A DNA stretch of 64,000 nucleotides from Tolypothrix carrinoi HA7290-LM1 (GCA_019358935.1 JAHHIK010000022.1:1-64000), one strand, 5' to 3'. Counted from the first letter of the stretch, positions 43,389 through 55,946 are shown. Translations and numbers: made by a program. Notes: a model not told the origin generated them from the letters alone.

Positions 43389-43598
43389 TTACTGGATGAC
43401 AATTTGTTGTATATTAACAAATTCTGTCTCTAAAGCTAATTCCTCATCTGACAAAAGTATCTCAATTACTTCACGTAAATTATCTTGTAATTCGTCTAAA
43501 GTTTCACCTTGAGAATGCGCTCCAGGAAACCCAGGAACATAGCCAACATAAAGTTTAGTATCAGGATCTCTTTCAACAATCGCAGTAAATGTTTTCAT
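43389..43598 (-). CDS. hicB: HicB-family antitoxin
   Basis: YVGYVPGFPGAHSQGETLDELQDNLREVIE. Confidence 0.9.
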   Translation of the reverse strand: MKTFTAIVERDPDTKLYVGYVPGFPGAHSQGETLDELQDNLREVIEILLSDEELALETEFVNIQQIVIQ

Positions 43599-43694
43599 AG
43601 GGCTTGAGTTGTTAAACTAGTTTAGGCATATTAAATTTTAGGCGATCGCATTCTTTAATACATAGCAATTTTATGCGATCGCCTTCACGCAAAA

Positions 43695-45377
43695 TCAAAT
43701 CCCGTGACTCTTCCCAATCACCCAATTACGCCGGAAAAACCGCGCTAAGGCTGATTCTTCCAAAGATAGATAAATTGGGCGTCCGTGGGGACAGGTGCGC
43801 GGATTGCGGGTACGTTGCCAATCATCTAATAGTGTCTGCATTTCTGGTAAAGTTAGGGGTGTACCGTTGCGAATTGCACTGCGACAGGCTACGGCTACTT
43901 GGGCTGTTTGTAAGTCACCACCCCAACTAAGTTCTAAAATGGCTTCTGCACAGTCGTCTCTTTGCTGTAAAAGTGCGGGTACGTTACGAACTGCCCAAAG
44001 TTGTTCACCGAAGGGTTCTATATCTATATTGATGCGTTGTAGTTGCGAAACTTGCGCTGGTGATAATTGATATAAAATAATTGCAGGTTCCACAGGAATA
44101 AGTTGCCAATTATCGCACAATTGCTCATACAAAACTCGCTCATGAGCGATGTGCTGTTCTACCAACCACATGCCGTTTTCATGTTCGACAACTATATAAG
44201 TATTGCTAACTTGAGCAACGGCTTTTAAAGAGTTAGGAGTTAAGAGTGAGGAGTTAGGAGTTTTATTTTCATCGTTGGGGTTGGGACGATTGACATGATA
44301 ACCGCCTTTTTCTTCTGCGGCTTTGATTAATTTGCTGACGCGGGTTGTGTGAACTGCTTCTTTGATATTGACAGAATCGATGCGAAGTGCTTGCTCAATG
44401 GCGCTGGATATTTGTTCTTGCCAATAGCTTAATTCATTGAGGTAAATTTCGGTTTTTGCAGGATTGCGGTTCCAGTTAATTTGATCGGGGGAAATATAAA
44501 GATGTAAAAAACAGATTGGATAGCGATCGCGTGGTAATGTTCTGTGAAATCCTGTGAAAATCGTTTGCTCTAATTCTGGCGATTTTACCATGCGTCCGTT
44601 GATAGCTACTCGCACCCAATCTGGACGATGACGATGACAGCGATCGGGCAATCCTATAACTAAGTTTAGGGCTTTGTTAGGGTTAGGTAATTCTAATTTT
44701 AGTTCTTGTAAATCGCCTTGTTTAACTTGATGTAAAATTTGCGGTAATAGTTTTCCGGTTGTGGCAGCTGGTGAAAGAGTGAACCATTCACGGTCATTTT
44801 GCCAAACTTGCCAGGTAACATGAGGATGACATAAGGCAATTTGATAAATCGACGCTTGCACCGCTTTCATTTGAATAGCTGATGTTGGCAAGCCTTGACG
44901 ACGAGTTGAGCAATTTCCGAATAAATTCGATATGGTGACAATTGTACCAGGTGCGATCGCTGCTGCTTCCACTACGACAGGTTCCCCGCCATAGCCATAC
45001 ACAACTTTGAATCCACCACTTGAAGAATTTGCCGGACGACTTAATATTTCTAAATCTGCCAAAGTCGTCAAACTGTGTAACGCCTCACCCCGAAATCCTA
45101 AACTGTTAATTTGCCACAAATCTGCACAAGAGCGAATTTTACTTGTACTGTGGGCCGATGCGGCTTGTTGCAAGTCATCCAAATTCATTCCACAACCATT
45201 ATCTGCTACGCGCACCCGCCACTGCTGCGCCCATACAGAAACCACAATCCGCGTTGCACCTGCGTCTAGGGAATTTTCTATCAATTCCCGCACCACAGAA
45301 GCTAGAGAGTCAATTACCTCTCCGGCTGTAATGAGGTATACTACCTCCGTTGGTAAAGCTTGAATCGTAGAAGACAT
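43695..45377 (-). CDS. mutL: DNA mismatch repair protein MutL
   Basis: AGEVI, ELIENSLDAGA, DNGCG, LGFRGEAL, EQHIAHER, ACRSA, CPHGRP. Confidence 0.96.
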   Translation of the reverse strand: MSSTIQALPTEVVYLITAGEVIDSLASVVRELIENSLDAGATRIVVSVWAQQWRVRVADNGCGMNLDDLQQAASAHSTSKIRSCADLWQINSLGFRGEALHSLTTLADLEILSRPANSSSGGFKVVYGYGGEPVVVEAAAIAPGTIVTISNLFGNCSTRRQGLPTSAIQMKAVQASIYQIALCHPHVTWQVWQNDREWFTLSPAATTGKLLPQILHQVKQGDLQELKLELPNPNKALNLVIGLPDRCHRHRPDWVRVAINGRMVKSPELEQTIFTGFHRTLPRDRYPICFLHLYISPDQINWNRNPAKTEIYLNELSYWQEQISSAIEQALRIDSVNIKEAVHTTRVSKLIKAAEEKGGYHVNRPNPNDENKTPNSSLLTPNSLKAVAQVSNTYIVVEHENGMWLVEQHIAHERVLYEQLCDNWQLIPVEPAIILYQLSPAQVSQLQRINIDIEPFGEQLWAVRNVPALLQQRDDCAEAILELSWGGDLQTAQVAVACRSAIRNGTPLTLPEMQTLLDDWQRTRNPRTCPHGRPIYLSLEESALARFFRRNWVIGKSHGI

Positions 45378-45523
45378 AAATCTCAGTGTGGGCAGTTGCC
45401 AAGCACTGAATAGAATAAGCAAATTTGTTTACAATCAGCTAGAAAATTTTATGAATTGTAAAGAAATTTTTTCGTAGTAAGCGCGAAGAGCGCTAATTAT
45501 AAAGCGCTCTTCGCGCTTACTAC

Positions 45524-46570
45524 CTAATTATCCCGCATCGCTAAAGCTTTCATCGGTTCGGGTTTCAGCAACCCATTTAACAATGATGCCGGACGTTGAC
45601 CGTAGGGCCAAGCAAAAGCATGACGGAAAGCTGCATCTTGACAAGCTTGTAACTGTTGGAAGTTAATAATGTCGTAAGTTAAAAGATTTTCATACTCAAA
45701 GGGTAGACGGACATTATGCAAACCGGCGTTATCAGTACAAATAGCGATATCTACCCCCGCGTCAAAACATCGGTCAAAAACTAACTTGAGTTGACGTATA
45801 TCCTCTAAAGTACCGGTTTTTAAGTATGTTGTCGGGCAAACCTCCAAACACTGCCCGCGTTGAGCTACATCTTTAAGTAACTCTGGATACAATAGCGGAA
45901 TTTGGATGCCGTGACCAATCCGCATCAAATAAGGTAATAATTGTGGATAGCAGCCAGCCGTGGTTTCATAAAGGTGTCCGGTGGTTTTGACGTTAAGCGA
46001 TCGCGCATAATCATACAAACTAATCCACTCAGAGAGGCGATCGGCATAATAGCTATCACCACCAGCAACATCTATTCCACAAATATACTTGGTATTTTGC
46101 GCTGCCAAATCCACAATAGCCTTATTCACCTCATAAGGTAAGCGCGAGTGCATACAAAGTATTTGGCTAGTCACAATCGGATATTCTTGTAATTGACTTG
46201 CCTGTCCGACAACTTCCACAATCTCCGCCATCTTGTCAATTCTCTTTGATTGACTTAAATGCTTTGGTGTGCGGAGATAAGGAGTATAGCGCAGTTCTAG
46301 ATAAGCCAAATTCTCAAAAATATAAGCACCCCGCAGCAGACGATAGATAAAGTAAGGCAAACTTTCGGCATTTTGCACGCTTTCAACTAAAGTGTGCAAT
46401 TCCAGATACTCATCTAAAGTACTGCGCGATCGCGTGAAAAACTCTTCAAAAGCCGAATAGTCAGCAAACTGCGAAAGTAACTTTGACGAACTGCGTTCTA
46501 GGTATCGCCACAGAACACGGGGTACAACCGAACCGCCCAGATGTCTATGCAATTCAGCGTATAAAGCCAT
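45524..46570 (-). CDS. Adenosine deaminase family protein
   Basis: ELHRHLGGS, GHLYE, RIGHG, LEVCPT, CTDNAG. Confidence 0.9.
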   Translation of the reverse strand: MALYAELHRHLGGSVVPRVLWRYLERSSSKLLSQFADYSAFEEFFTRSRSTLDEYLELHTLVESVQNAESLPYFIYRLLRGAYIFENLAYLELRYTPYLRTPKHLSQSKRIDKMAEIVEVVGQASQLQEYPIVTSQILCMHSRLPYEVNKAIVDLAAQNTKYICGIDVAGGDSYYADRLSEWISLYDYARSLNVKTTGHLYETTAGCYPQLLPYLMRIGHGIQIPLLYPELLKDVAQRGQCLEVCPTTYLKTGTLEDIRQLKLVFDRCFDAGVDIAICTDNAGLHNVRLPFEYENLLTYDIINFQQLQACQDAAFRHAFAWPYGQRPASLLNGLLKPEPMKALAMRDN

Positions 46571-46637
46571 AGTCGTCTTTTCCCGGAAAAATTATAAAAA
46601 AGTCTAATAATCTTAACAATAGCGTAGAAAAGAAGAG

Positions 46638-46884
46638 TGGGGCATTGGGCATTGGGCATTGGGAATTGGGCAATGGGCAATGGGCAATGGGCAATGGGCA
46701 ATGGGAATTGGGAATTGGGAATGCGTTTTTTACCATTACCCATGCCCCATGCCCCATGCCCCATGCCCCATGCCCCATGCCCCATGCCCTATGCCCTATG
46801 CCCCATGCCCTATGCCCTATGCCCTATGCCCCATGCCCTATGCCCTATGCCCTATGCCCTATGCCCTATGCCCCATGCCCTATT
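46638..46884. repeat. Inverted STRR heptamer arrays
   Basis: (GGGCA[AT]T)n, spacer GAATGCGTTTTTTACCATTACC, then (CCC[CT]ATG)n. Confidence 0.9.
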
Positions 46885-48593
46885 GCCTGCAATAATTCTC
46901 TCGCTGTGCAAGGTTTGGATAGAAACGCTTTGACACCTGTGCCGGCGGATTCGGCTATGTTTTGATTTGATAACAAGCCGCTCATGGCGATAATCTTTAC
47001 ATGAGGATTTATTTTTTGTAGCGTGCGGATAGCGATCGCTCCATCCATCCAAGGCATCATCATATCCAGCAACACTACACTAATTTCCTGCTGATGTTGG
47101 GCATAAATTGCTACAGCTTCAACACCATCACTGGCAGTTAGCACTTGGTAATTATATGTTTCTAAAGATGATTTAGTCAGATCGCAAATTGCAGCTTCGT
47201 CATCCACCACCAAAATTAATTCACCATTTCCTATAAGTGGTTTTAGTTCAAGAGAAGGCGGATCGATTTCCACTTTGGTGGAAGAAGGTAAGTAAACTTG
47301 AAATTGCGTTCCCTTATTAACTTCACTGTATAAATTAACAAATCCACCGTGGTTTTTAATAATGCCCAGTGCTGTGGAAAGTCCTAAACCTGTACCTTTT
47401 CCTACTTCTTTAGTAGTAAAAAATGGCTCAAAAATTCGCTCTTGAATTGTCTGCGGTATCCCTATACCTGTATCCGCAATGGTGATAGCAACATAACAAC
47501 CCACTTGGGCATCGATATGCATTTTCGCATAGTGTTCATCAATGACGAGATTTTCTGCTGAAATCGTCATTATACCGCCGTCGGGCATGGCATCGCGGGC
47601 GTTGACAACTAAGTTCATTAGCACTTGATGCAGTTGAGTAGCGTTTCCCTGTACATGCCAAAGATTGTCTGATATGTGTGTATGGCAGGTGATGGATTTA
47701 GAAAAGGTTCCGGTAATAATGTCTTCAATTTCTGTTAGCAAAGAGTTAATTTTAACAATTGTCTGTCTGCCTTCAATACCGCGTGCAAAGGATAAAATTT
47801 GTCTAACTAAATTTGCTCCGCGTTTGACATTATTTTCTAACATTTTCAGCAGATGTTCGCTTTGCGGATCGGACAATTTCATCTGCAATAAAGGAACTGC
47901 TAATAAAATCGGCGCTAACACATTGTTGAGGTCGTGGGCAATACCACCAGCTAAAGTGCCGATACATTCTAAACGTTGCGATCGCAAAAGTTGTGCTTCT
48001 ACTTGTTTCTTTTGCGTGATTTCTGTATTAACAATTAAAATTGATTGAGGTTGTCCAAATTCATCACGTACCAAAGTCCATCGACTTTCTACTAGAATTT
48101 CCTCACCGCTTTTTTGTACTTGTTTTAATTCACCTTGCCACGAACCGTTTTTAATTACAGTTAAAAGCGCTGATTCTGGCAGCGGTAAATCTTCGTACAA
48201 AAGTGCCAAAGCATCTTTACCAACAGCTTCCTCAACTTTCCAGCCGTACAAACGTTCTGCACTTTTATTCCAGAATAAAATCTGGTTTTGGATATTTTTT
48301 ACGAAAATTGCGTCAGTTGCCACATCCAGCAGCGCTGCTTGTTCGCGGATTTTCTGTTCTGCTTGTTTCAGTTGGCTGATGTAATATATAAGCAATTTAT
48401 ACAGCATTGCAAAGAGCGCAAAATCTGCACTCTTGCTGATGAAAAATTTAGCGATCGCCTTTATGCTTCCAGTAAATTGTCTTTTTGACAACTTTCTGTT
48501 TGTTTCTTTGGGAAACAATTTAGGCAACATTTGCTCTGATAACTTTTGTGTTGACTCAATGTCGAGAACTAGCATTTGAATATTATTTGTCAT
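46866..48593 (-). CDS. PAS-HisKA-HATPase-REC hybrid histidine kinase
   Basis: [55 protein letters not shown]; start uncertain. Confidence 0.93.
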   Translation of the reverse strand: MTNNIQMLVLDIESTQKLSEQMLPKLFPKETNRKLSKRQFTGSIKAIAKFFISKSADFALFAMLYKLLIYYISQLKQAEQKIREQAALLDVATDAIFVKNIQNQILFWNKSAERLYGWKVEEAVGKDALALLYEDLPLPESALLTVIKNGSWQGELKQVQKSGEEILVESRWTLVRDEFGQPQSILIVNTEITQKKQVEAQLLRSQRLECIGTLAGGIAHDLNNVLAPILLAVPLLQMKLSDPQSEHLLKMLENNVKRGANLVRQILSFARGIEGRQTIVKINSLLTEIEDIITGTFSKSITCHTHISDNLWHVQGNATQLHQVLMNLVVNARDAMPDGGIMTISAENLVIDEHYAKMHIDAQVGCYVAITIADTGIGIPQTIQERIFEPFFTTKEVGKGTGLGLSTALGIIKNHGGFVNLYSEVNKGTQFQVYLPSSTKVEIDPPSLELKPLIGNGELILVVDDEAAICDLTKSSLETYNYQVLTASDGVEAVAIYAQHQQEISVVLLDMMMPWMDGAIAIRTLQKINPHVKIIAMSGLLSNQNIAESAGTGVKAFLSKPCTARELLQAIGHGA

Positions 48594-48840
48594 TTGCTTA
48601 TCTCTAGGAGATATAATTGACTGCCGAGCGGCTTCAAACATGTGTTTCGACAACAAAATTTATGATTCTCTGGATGTTTCTTTATTGAGATAATTTGCGG
48701 CTCAAGTTAAGAAATACACTGCTATTTTCGGTTAATATTTGATACAGGTGTTAGTTTTATTACTTACACTCTGATAATCTTGACAAGAGAGTGCATCTGT
48801 AGCGATCGCGTAATCAGTTCTTGCACTTCCACAGGAAAAA

Positions 48841-49116
48841 GGTAATTGGGAATTGGGCAATGGGCAATGGGCAATGGGCAATGGGCAATGGGAATTGGGA
48901 ATGCATTTTTTACCATTACCCATGCCCCATGCCCAATGCCCCATGACGGCAGGTGCTACAACGTTCGTGACCTCACGAGCGGGTTCGCCACTACGAATAG
49001 ACCCTACAGACAACCGCGCCCGTGGACTCACCGCAACGCACTGCCTCCCCCATGCCCCATGCCCAATGACGGCAGGTGCTACAACGCGGGGAACCCGCGC
49101 AACGCACTGCCTCCCC
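48841..49116. repeat. STRR arrays containing two GACGGCAGGTGCTACAAC...AACGCACTGCCTCCCC small repeats, one with further nested inserts
   Basis: Units at about 48945-49050 and 49068-49116 share both ends. Confidence 0.8.
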
Positions 49117-49488
49117 AATGCCCAATTTTCAAGGCTTAATAAATTTAATAGCAATTTCAACATTCAGAAAAATGTCACCTAAGTTACATTTAATCAAAAT
49201 TGGTTTATTTGATTAAGCTACTATTTGATTCTCCCAGATAGTATTTGGCACACTTTTCTCTTGGAAATTTCTGGCTTGATTTTGACGATTTTTCATACAT
49301 ATACTGCCAGATAAGAACCTAACAATTTTAATATAAATTAATAGTTATCAGTAGTTATAAACTAACTTTAGTTGATAAATTTACAAAAATTAAGATGAAA
49401 CTCATAATTGAACGCTGATAACTGATAAATTTCTTGTAGTTGCTTTCAACGAATTAGTCACTTTTTCGGAAAATCCGATTGAATAACC

Positions 49489-49518
49489 TTGACATTAGTC
49501 ACACAATCTGTTGATAAT
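49489..49518 (+). promoter_or_regulatory. Sigma70-type promoter of purA
   Basis: TTGACA-N18-GATAAT, about 36 bp before the TTG start. Confidence 0.45.
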
Positions 49519-49539
49519 TAGAGTTTGTGAAAACTTTAG

Positions 49540-50898
<1,359 letters not shown>

Positions 50899-50899
50899 T

Positions 50900-51170
50900 A
50901 GGGCATGGGGCATTGGGCATGGGGCATTGGGCATGGGGCATGGGGCATTGGGCATGGGGCATGGGTAATGGGGCATGGGGCATGGGGCATGGGGCATTGG
51001 GCATGGGGCATGGGTAATGGTAAAAAACGCATTCCCAATTCCCAATTCCCATTGCCCATTGCCCATTGCCCATTGCCCATTGCCCATTGCCCATTGCCCA
51101 TTGCCCATTGCCCATTGCCCATTGCCCATTGCCCATTGCCCATTGCCCATTGCCCAATTCCCAATTACCT
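50900..51170. repeat. Inverted STRR heptamer arrays
   Basis: (GGGCATG/T)n then (CCCATTG)n. Confidence 0.9.
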
Positions 51171-51184
51171 TTTTCCCAACTTGT

Positions 51185-51835
51185 ATGGATCTCACAATTG
51201 AATGTCAAAAGCGCCCAGAAAATAGCAAACCCAATGCTTTGCGCCGTTCTGGGCTAATTCCTGCGAATTTATACGGTCACAAAGGTACAGAGTCTATCTC
51301 TTTAACCATTGATGCCAAAACTGTTGAACGCTTGCTGAAAAAAGGTTCAGTCAACAACACGTTGATTGATTTGAAAATTACTGATATCCCTTGGCAAGGC
51401 AAAACTTTGTTGCGGGAAGTTCAGATTCATCCGGCAAAACGTACCCCTTTCCACCTCAGCTTTTTTGCGGTGGCAGGTCACGGTCCGACTACAGTAGAAG
51501 TACCGCTGCGGTTTGTCGGAGATGCGATCGGTGTTAAACAAGAAGGTGGTTTGTTAGACACCGTGTTTAACCAATTGCAAGTCAGTTGCGAACCAGAAAA
51601 CATCCCCGAAGCAATTGAAGTTGATGTTTCTAACATGAAAGTTGGCGACAGCTTGCAGATCCATGAGCTACCATTGCCCCAAGGTGTGACAGTTCTTGAT
51701 AACGCAGAGCAAATTGCTGTTAGCATTTTGCCACCACAAATCACGCCAGAGAAAGAAGCTGAACTCGATGCTGCTAACGCTCAAACTGATTCTACTGAGT
51801 CCACAGAGACAGCAACAGAATCTCAAGCTAGCTGA
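51185..51835 (+). CDS. rplY: 50S ribosomal protein L25/Ctc
   Basis: [46 protein letters not shown]. Confidence 0.95.
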   Translation: MDLTIECQKRPENSKPNALRRSGLIPANLYGHKGTESISLTIDAKTVERLLKKGSVNNTLIDLKITDIPWQGKTLLREVQIHPAKRTPFHLSFFAVAGHGPTTVEVPLRFVGDAIGVKQEGGLLDTVFNQLQVSCEPENIPEAIEVDVSNMKVGDSLQIHELPLPQGVTVLDNAEQIAVSILPPQITPEKEAELDAANAQTDSTESTETATESQAS

Positions 51836-51920
51836 AGTATATAATAGTTGTCGATAATACCAGGGGGTAACTCCTGGTTTTTTTGTGTTTGAATTGCCAA
51901 ATCGTCAAGGACGCTAAAAA

Positions 51921-53462
51921 ATGACAGTTTCTGTTCCAGCTTTAATTGAGCAGATGTTGCAACCTGGGTTTTATCCCCATGAAGTAACAGAACCAATTCA
52001 ACTGATTCAAACGCACATTTCTTATGTGCTGCTAACTGGGGATTATGCCTATAAAGTAAAAAAGCCGATGAATTTTGGCTTTTTGGACTTTTCAACTTTG
52101 GAAAAACGGCAGCATTTTTCTCAAGAAGAATTGCGGTTAAATCAGCGGGGTGCAGCAGAACTGTATTTAGAAGTTTTGCCTATTACTCTGACGGATAATC
52201 AATATCATCTGGGGGGAACGGGAGAAGCTGTAGAATATGTGTTGAAAATGCAGCAATTTCCTCAAGAGACTTTATTTAGCGCTTTATTTGAGCAGGGTAA
52301 GTTGAATGAAACAGATTTGGAAAACTTGGGACAAGTTGTAGCTGAATATCACGCGAAAACTGAAACTAGCGATTATATTCGCACTTTTGGGGAAGTTGCT
52401 CAAGTTCGAGAAGCGTTTGACGAGAATTACGAGCAAAGTGAAAAATATATTGGTGGTCCTCAAACGCAGACGCAGTTTGACGAAACAAAGCAATATACAG
52501 ATAACTTTTTTAGCGATCGCACGGAACTATTTAAAAGTCGCATTGCTAATAACTTCATTCGCGAATGTCACGGAGACTTGCACTTAAGAAATATTGCTTT
52601 GTGGCAGGATAAAATTTTACTCTTCGATTGCATCGAGTTTAACGAACCGTTTCGCTTTGTTGATGTAATGTTCGATATTGCTTATGCTGTGATGAATCTG
52701 GAAGCAGAGCAACGACAAGATTTGAGTAATGCTTACTTAAATACTTATTTAGAGCAAACTGGCGATTGGGAAGGGTTACAAGTATTACCGATATATTTAA
52801 ACCGTCAAGCGTATGTTCGGGCAAAGGTGACATCATTTTTGTTGGACGATCCAAGTGTTCCCGCAGATGTGAAAGCCGAGGCAGCAAAAACCGCAGCTGA
52901 GTATTATAAACTGGCTTGGAATTATACTAAACCCAAGCAAGGAAAATTAATATTGATGTCGGGGTTGTCGGGTTCTGGTAAAAGTACCACAGCTAAGTTA
53001 TTATCTCGCGAATTAGGAGCAATTCTGATTCGTTCGGATGCGGTGCGGAAACATTTGGCGGGAATTCCACTTTTAGAACGCGGTGGAGATGATTTATATA
53101 CACCTGAGATGACGGAGAAAACTTATGCACGGTTGCTGGAATTGGGAATTATACTGGCAAATCAAGGTTATACGGTGATTTTGGATGCCAAGTATGACAA
53201 ACAGAAATTGAGACAAGAAGCGATCGCCCAAGCTAATAAAAACCAACTTCCCCTACAAATTATTCAATGCACCGCACCAATAGAAGTTTTGCAACAACGG
53301 TTGCGCGATCGCACTGGTGATATTGCCGATGCCACAGTTGATTTATTGCGATCGCAACTTAACTTGGCTGAACCCTTCACCGAAGAAGAAAAACCCTACC
53401 TGAAAATTTTGGATACAACTCAACCACAACAGGCACAATTAAAAGAAGTAATTCGCCAATAG
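51921..53462 (+). CDS. Bifunctional aminoglycoside-phosphotransferase-like / AAA_33 kinase protein
   Basis: QTHISYV, ECHGDLH, FDCIEFN; GLSGSGKST, RSDAVRK. Confidence 0.9.
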   Translation: MTVSVPALIEQMLQPGFYPHEVTEPIQLIQTHISYVLLTGDYAYKVKKPMNFGFLDFSTLEKRQHFSQEELRLNQRGAAELYLEVLPITLTDNQYHLGGTGEAVEYVLKMQQFPQETLFSALFEQGKLNETDLENLGQVVAEYHAKTETSDYIRTFGEVAQVREAFDENYEQSEKYIGGPQTQTQFDETKQYTDNFFSDRTELFKSRIANNFIRECHGDLHLRNIALWQDKILLFDCIEFNEPFRFVDVMFDIAYAVMNLEAEQRQDLSNAYLNTYLEQTGDWEGLQVLPIYLNRQAYVRAKVTSFLLDDPSVPADVKAEAAKTAAEYYKLAWNYTKPKQGKLILMSGLSGSGKSTTAKLLSRELGAILIRSDAVRKHLAGIPLLERGGDDLYTPEMTEKTYARLLELGIILANQGYTVILDAKYDKQKLRQEAIAQANKNQLPLQIIQCTAPIEVLQQRLRDRTGDIADATVDLLRSQLNLAEPFTEEEKPYLKILDTTQPQQAQLKEVIRQ

Positions 53463-53472
53463 ATTTAAGCTT

Positions 53473-53982
53473 ATGGCACCAAAAAAGAACGACTTCGGCG
53501 GTCTGATTACCATCTCTCAATCTTTCTTTTCTCAACTCGTCTTTGGGTTATTTTTAATACTCATATTTTCCATGACGGGCGCACCACCATCCCTGAGTAT
53601 CTTCTTGGGTATATTGGGCGGTATAGCCTTAGGCGGGTTGACAACAGCAACTAGAAGCGGTCCCCAAGCCCCTACTGTTGGCTCGGCTGAAGGCGTTGAT
53701 GCCGGATTGAAATACTGGTTATTTTTTCTACTTGGTTTTTTGTTTTTGGGGTATCCAGCACCGATGAGCGTTTTGTTAAGCGCATTAGCCGGTTTAGGTG
53801 GGGGCTGGATTATTGCTTGGTGGGAAACCACAGAACAAACTAAAACTCAACTGGCAGCTGAAGGTTCAGAAGAAGTCGAAGGACAACTCCCAAACGAAAG
53901 GGCAATCAAACGGAAACGCAGACCCACTCGTCGTTTCCGTCGCTCTCGTGGAAATTTCAATTTTCGGTTTTGGGAAAGGTAG
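53473..53982 (+). CDS. Hypothetical membrane protein
   Basis: Four TM helices in two internal repeats; basic C-terminus. Confidence 0.8.
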   Translation: MAPKKNDFGGLITISQSFFSQLVFGLFLILIFSMTGAPPSLSIFLGILGGIALGGLTTATRSGPQAPTVGSAEGVDAGLKYWLFFLLGFLFLGYPAPMSVLLSALAGLGGGWIIAWWETTEQTKTQLAAEGSEEVEGQLPNERAIKRKRRPTRRFRRSRGNFNFRFWER

Positions 53983-54245
53983 TAATTGGGCATTGGGCAT
54001 TGGGCATGGGGCATCGGGCAATGGGCATCGGGCATTGGGTATGGGGCATGGGGCATCGGGCATAGGGTATGGGGCATAGGACATAGGGCATAGGGCATAG
54101 GGCATGGGGTATGGGAAAAAGATTTGACTTTATTCTCACGTTCCCATTGCCCATTGCCCATTGCCCATTGCCCATTGCCCATTGCCCATTGCCCATTGCC
54201 CATTGCCCATTGCCCATTGCCCATTGCCCCATGCCCAATTCCCCA
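53982..54245. repeat. Inverted STRR heptamer arrays
   Basis: (GGGCAT[TGCA])n then (CCCATTG)n. Confidence 0.9.
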
Positions 54246-54247
54246 TT

Positions 54248-55039
54248 ATGTTTTTATACCTCTCTAAGTTACTACCGCTGTTTTTTTACCCGCTTGGGTT
54301 AGCTTGCGTTTTTTTGCTGTTTTCACTGTTTCTGCTGTGGAAAAGACCGCGCATGGCAGCTATGGCGATCGCATTAGCATTAATTGTCTTACTAGTTTCT
54401 GGTAATGCTTGGGTTTCTCACTCTTTGGTGCGATCGCTTGAATGGCAAAATCTCCCACTGGCAGAAATACCATCATCAGAAGCAATTGTGGTTTTGGGTG
54501 GTGCAACTAAATCAGCGACTCCGCCACGTCCTGGTGTAGATTTAAGTGAAACTGGCGATCGCGTTATTTACGCGGCTCAACTTTACCGCCAAAAGAAAGC
54601 CCCCATAATTATTCTCAGTGGTGGTCGTATCGATTGGCGCGGTAGCGGTTCCCCAGAGTCAGCGGATATGGCAACAATTCTTACTTCAATTGGTATACCA
54701 ACAGAGGCAATTGTCCAAGAACCTGACTCTCTCAATACTTATGAAAATGCCGTGAATGTACGGAAAATTCTCGCGGCTCGTGGTATTCGTCGGGTATTGT
54801 TAGTTACTTCGGCAATGCATATGCCGCGATCGCTACTTATCTTCAAGCGTCAAGGAATTGATGTTATTCCTGCACCCACTGATTTTCTCATCAGTCAAGG
54901 CGAAATGCAAGAACTCACCAACACTCCCAAAGCCGCTATCCTAAATTTGTTTCCCGATAGTGAGAATTTACAGCAATTTACCAGCGCTTTAAAAGAGTAC
55001 ATTGGTACTGTTGTCTATCGTTTACACGGTTGGCTTTGA
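54248..55039 (+). CDS. YdcF/ElyC/SanA (DUF218) family protein
   Basis: AIVVLGG, ILSGG, SLNTYENA, LVTSAMHMPRS, PAPTDF, KEYIG. Confidence 0.92.
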   Translation: MFLYLSKLLPLFFYPLGLACVFLLFSLFLLWKRPRMAAMAIALALIVLLVSGNAWVSHSLVRSLEWQNLPLAEIPSSEAIVVLGGATKSATPPRPGVDLSETGDRVIYAAQLYRQKKAPIIILSGGRIDWRGSGSPESADMATILTSIGIPTEAIVQEPDSLNTYENAVNVRKILAARGIRRVLLVTSAMHMPRSLLIFKRQGIDVIPAPTDFLISQGEMQELTNTPKAAILNLFPDSENLQQFTSALKEYIGTVVYRLHGWL

Positions 55040-55049
55040 GATTAACACT

Positions 55050-55175
55050 GTTCGGGCGCAGTCAGAGTTTAAGCGTCATTGTGAATGGTATTTTATCACA
55101 GCAGAACGCAACCCTCAATAATTAGAAAAAATGCGCGGCGAACTAAATATTTTCCGTATGTTTCGCTGCCGATAA
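55050..55175 (+). pseudogene. Degenerate duplicate of the 3' 126 bp of the 55445 gene
   Basis: 118/126 identical to 55541-55666; GAC>TAA nonsense change. Confidence 0.9.
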
Positions 55176-55444
55176 CTCGTGTTTTACCATTTCGACGTGC
55201 GATCGCGTAGCAAATCAATCACGGGTATCACTCTACACCCTATCCACAGATTACTTTGCCCCTGGTTGCAGCTTCCGTAACACTACCCCAGATTCAGGAA
55301 TTCGCGGATACACCGAGCAATTTTTTCGTTATTGGTGTTGGAATAGGAATTTGTGTAGCCCCAGACTTACAGTCTGAGGGCGATTCATAAATCGCTATAA
55401 TTTCAATAGTTACAAAATCCTAAATCCCTGAGTATCTATAAAAA

Positions 55445-55666
55445 ATGAATAAAAACTTACCCTATATTCTTCGCATTCCTCAACCGGAAATTGAGGAAAC
55501 CTTTGCCGCTCACCAAACTACTCATCAGTTTTATCACGAAGTTCGGGCGCGGTCAGAGTTTAAGCGTCATTGTGAATGGTATTATATCACAGCAGAACGC
55601 AACCGTCAAGACTTAGAAAAAATGCGCGGCGAATTAAATATTTTCCGTTTGTTTCGCCGCCGATAA
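55445..55666 (+). CDS. Small hypothetical protein (73 aa)
   Basis: Clean ATG ORF with helical composition; partially duplicated upstream. Confidence 0.75.
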   Translation: MNKNLPYILRIPQPEIEETFAAHQTTHQFYHEVRARSEFKRHCEWYYITAERNRQDLEKMRGELNIFRLFRRR

Positions 55667-55676
55667 GAAATTTAGA

Positions 55677-55946
55677 TTATATTATTTCTAACTCATTATC
55701 GCGTAAGTGAGCCTTAAATTTTTTACTAAACTGTACTACGAACGGCAGGTTAGCGCTAATCGGTTTACCTTTCCATTGGGTTGCAATTTGCACTACTTCG
55801 CCTTCTGAGCCTTTGATGTCAAAACCCTGACCGCGATGTTCAGGATGATGATAAACTATTACGGATTCTTTAACGCGGACGCGATCGCCAATTTTCATAT
55901 TAACATTTACACCTAGTTGCTTTTCTACAAGTATTTCCACAGCCAT
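55677..55946 (-). CDS. ftrV: Ferredoxin-thioredoxin reductase variable chain
   Basis: MKIGDRVRVKESVIVYHHPEHR...SANLP...FKAHL; SD GAGGA before ATG 55946. Confidence 0.9.
   Translation of the reverse strand: MAVEILVEKQLGVNVNMKIGDRVRVKESVIVYHHPEHRGQGFDIKGSEGEVVQIATQWKGKPISANLPFVVQFSKKFKAHLRDNELEII

Noticed and set aside
55050..55666. DGR template/variable repeat pair
   Set aside because: Only 3 of 8 mismatches are at A in the non-coding copy (3 of 8 on the other strand), and there is no reverse transcriptase in the window.
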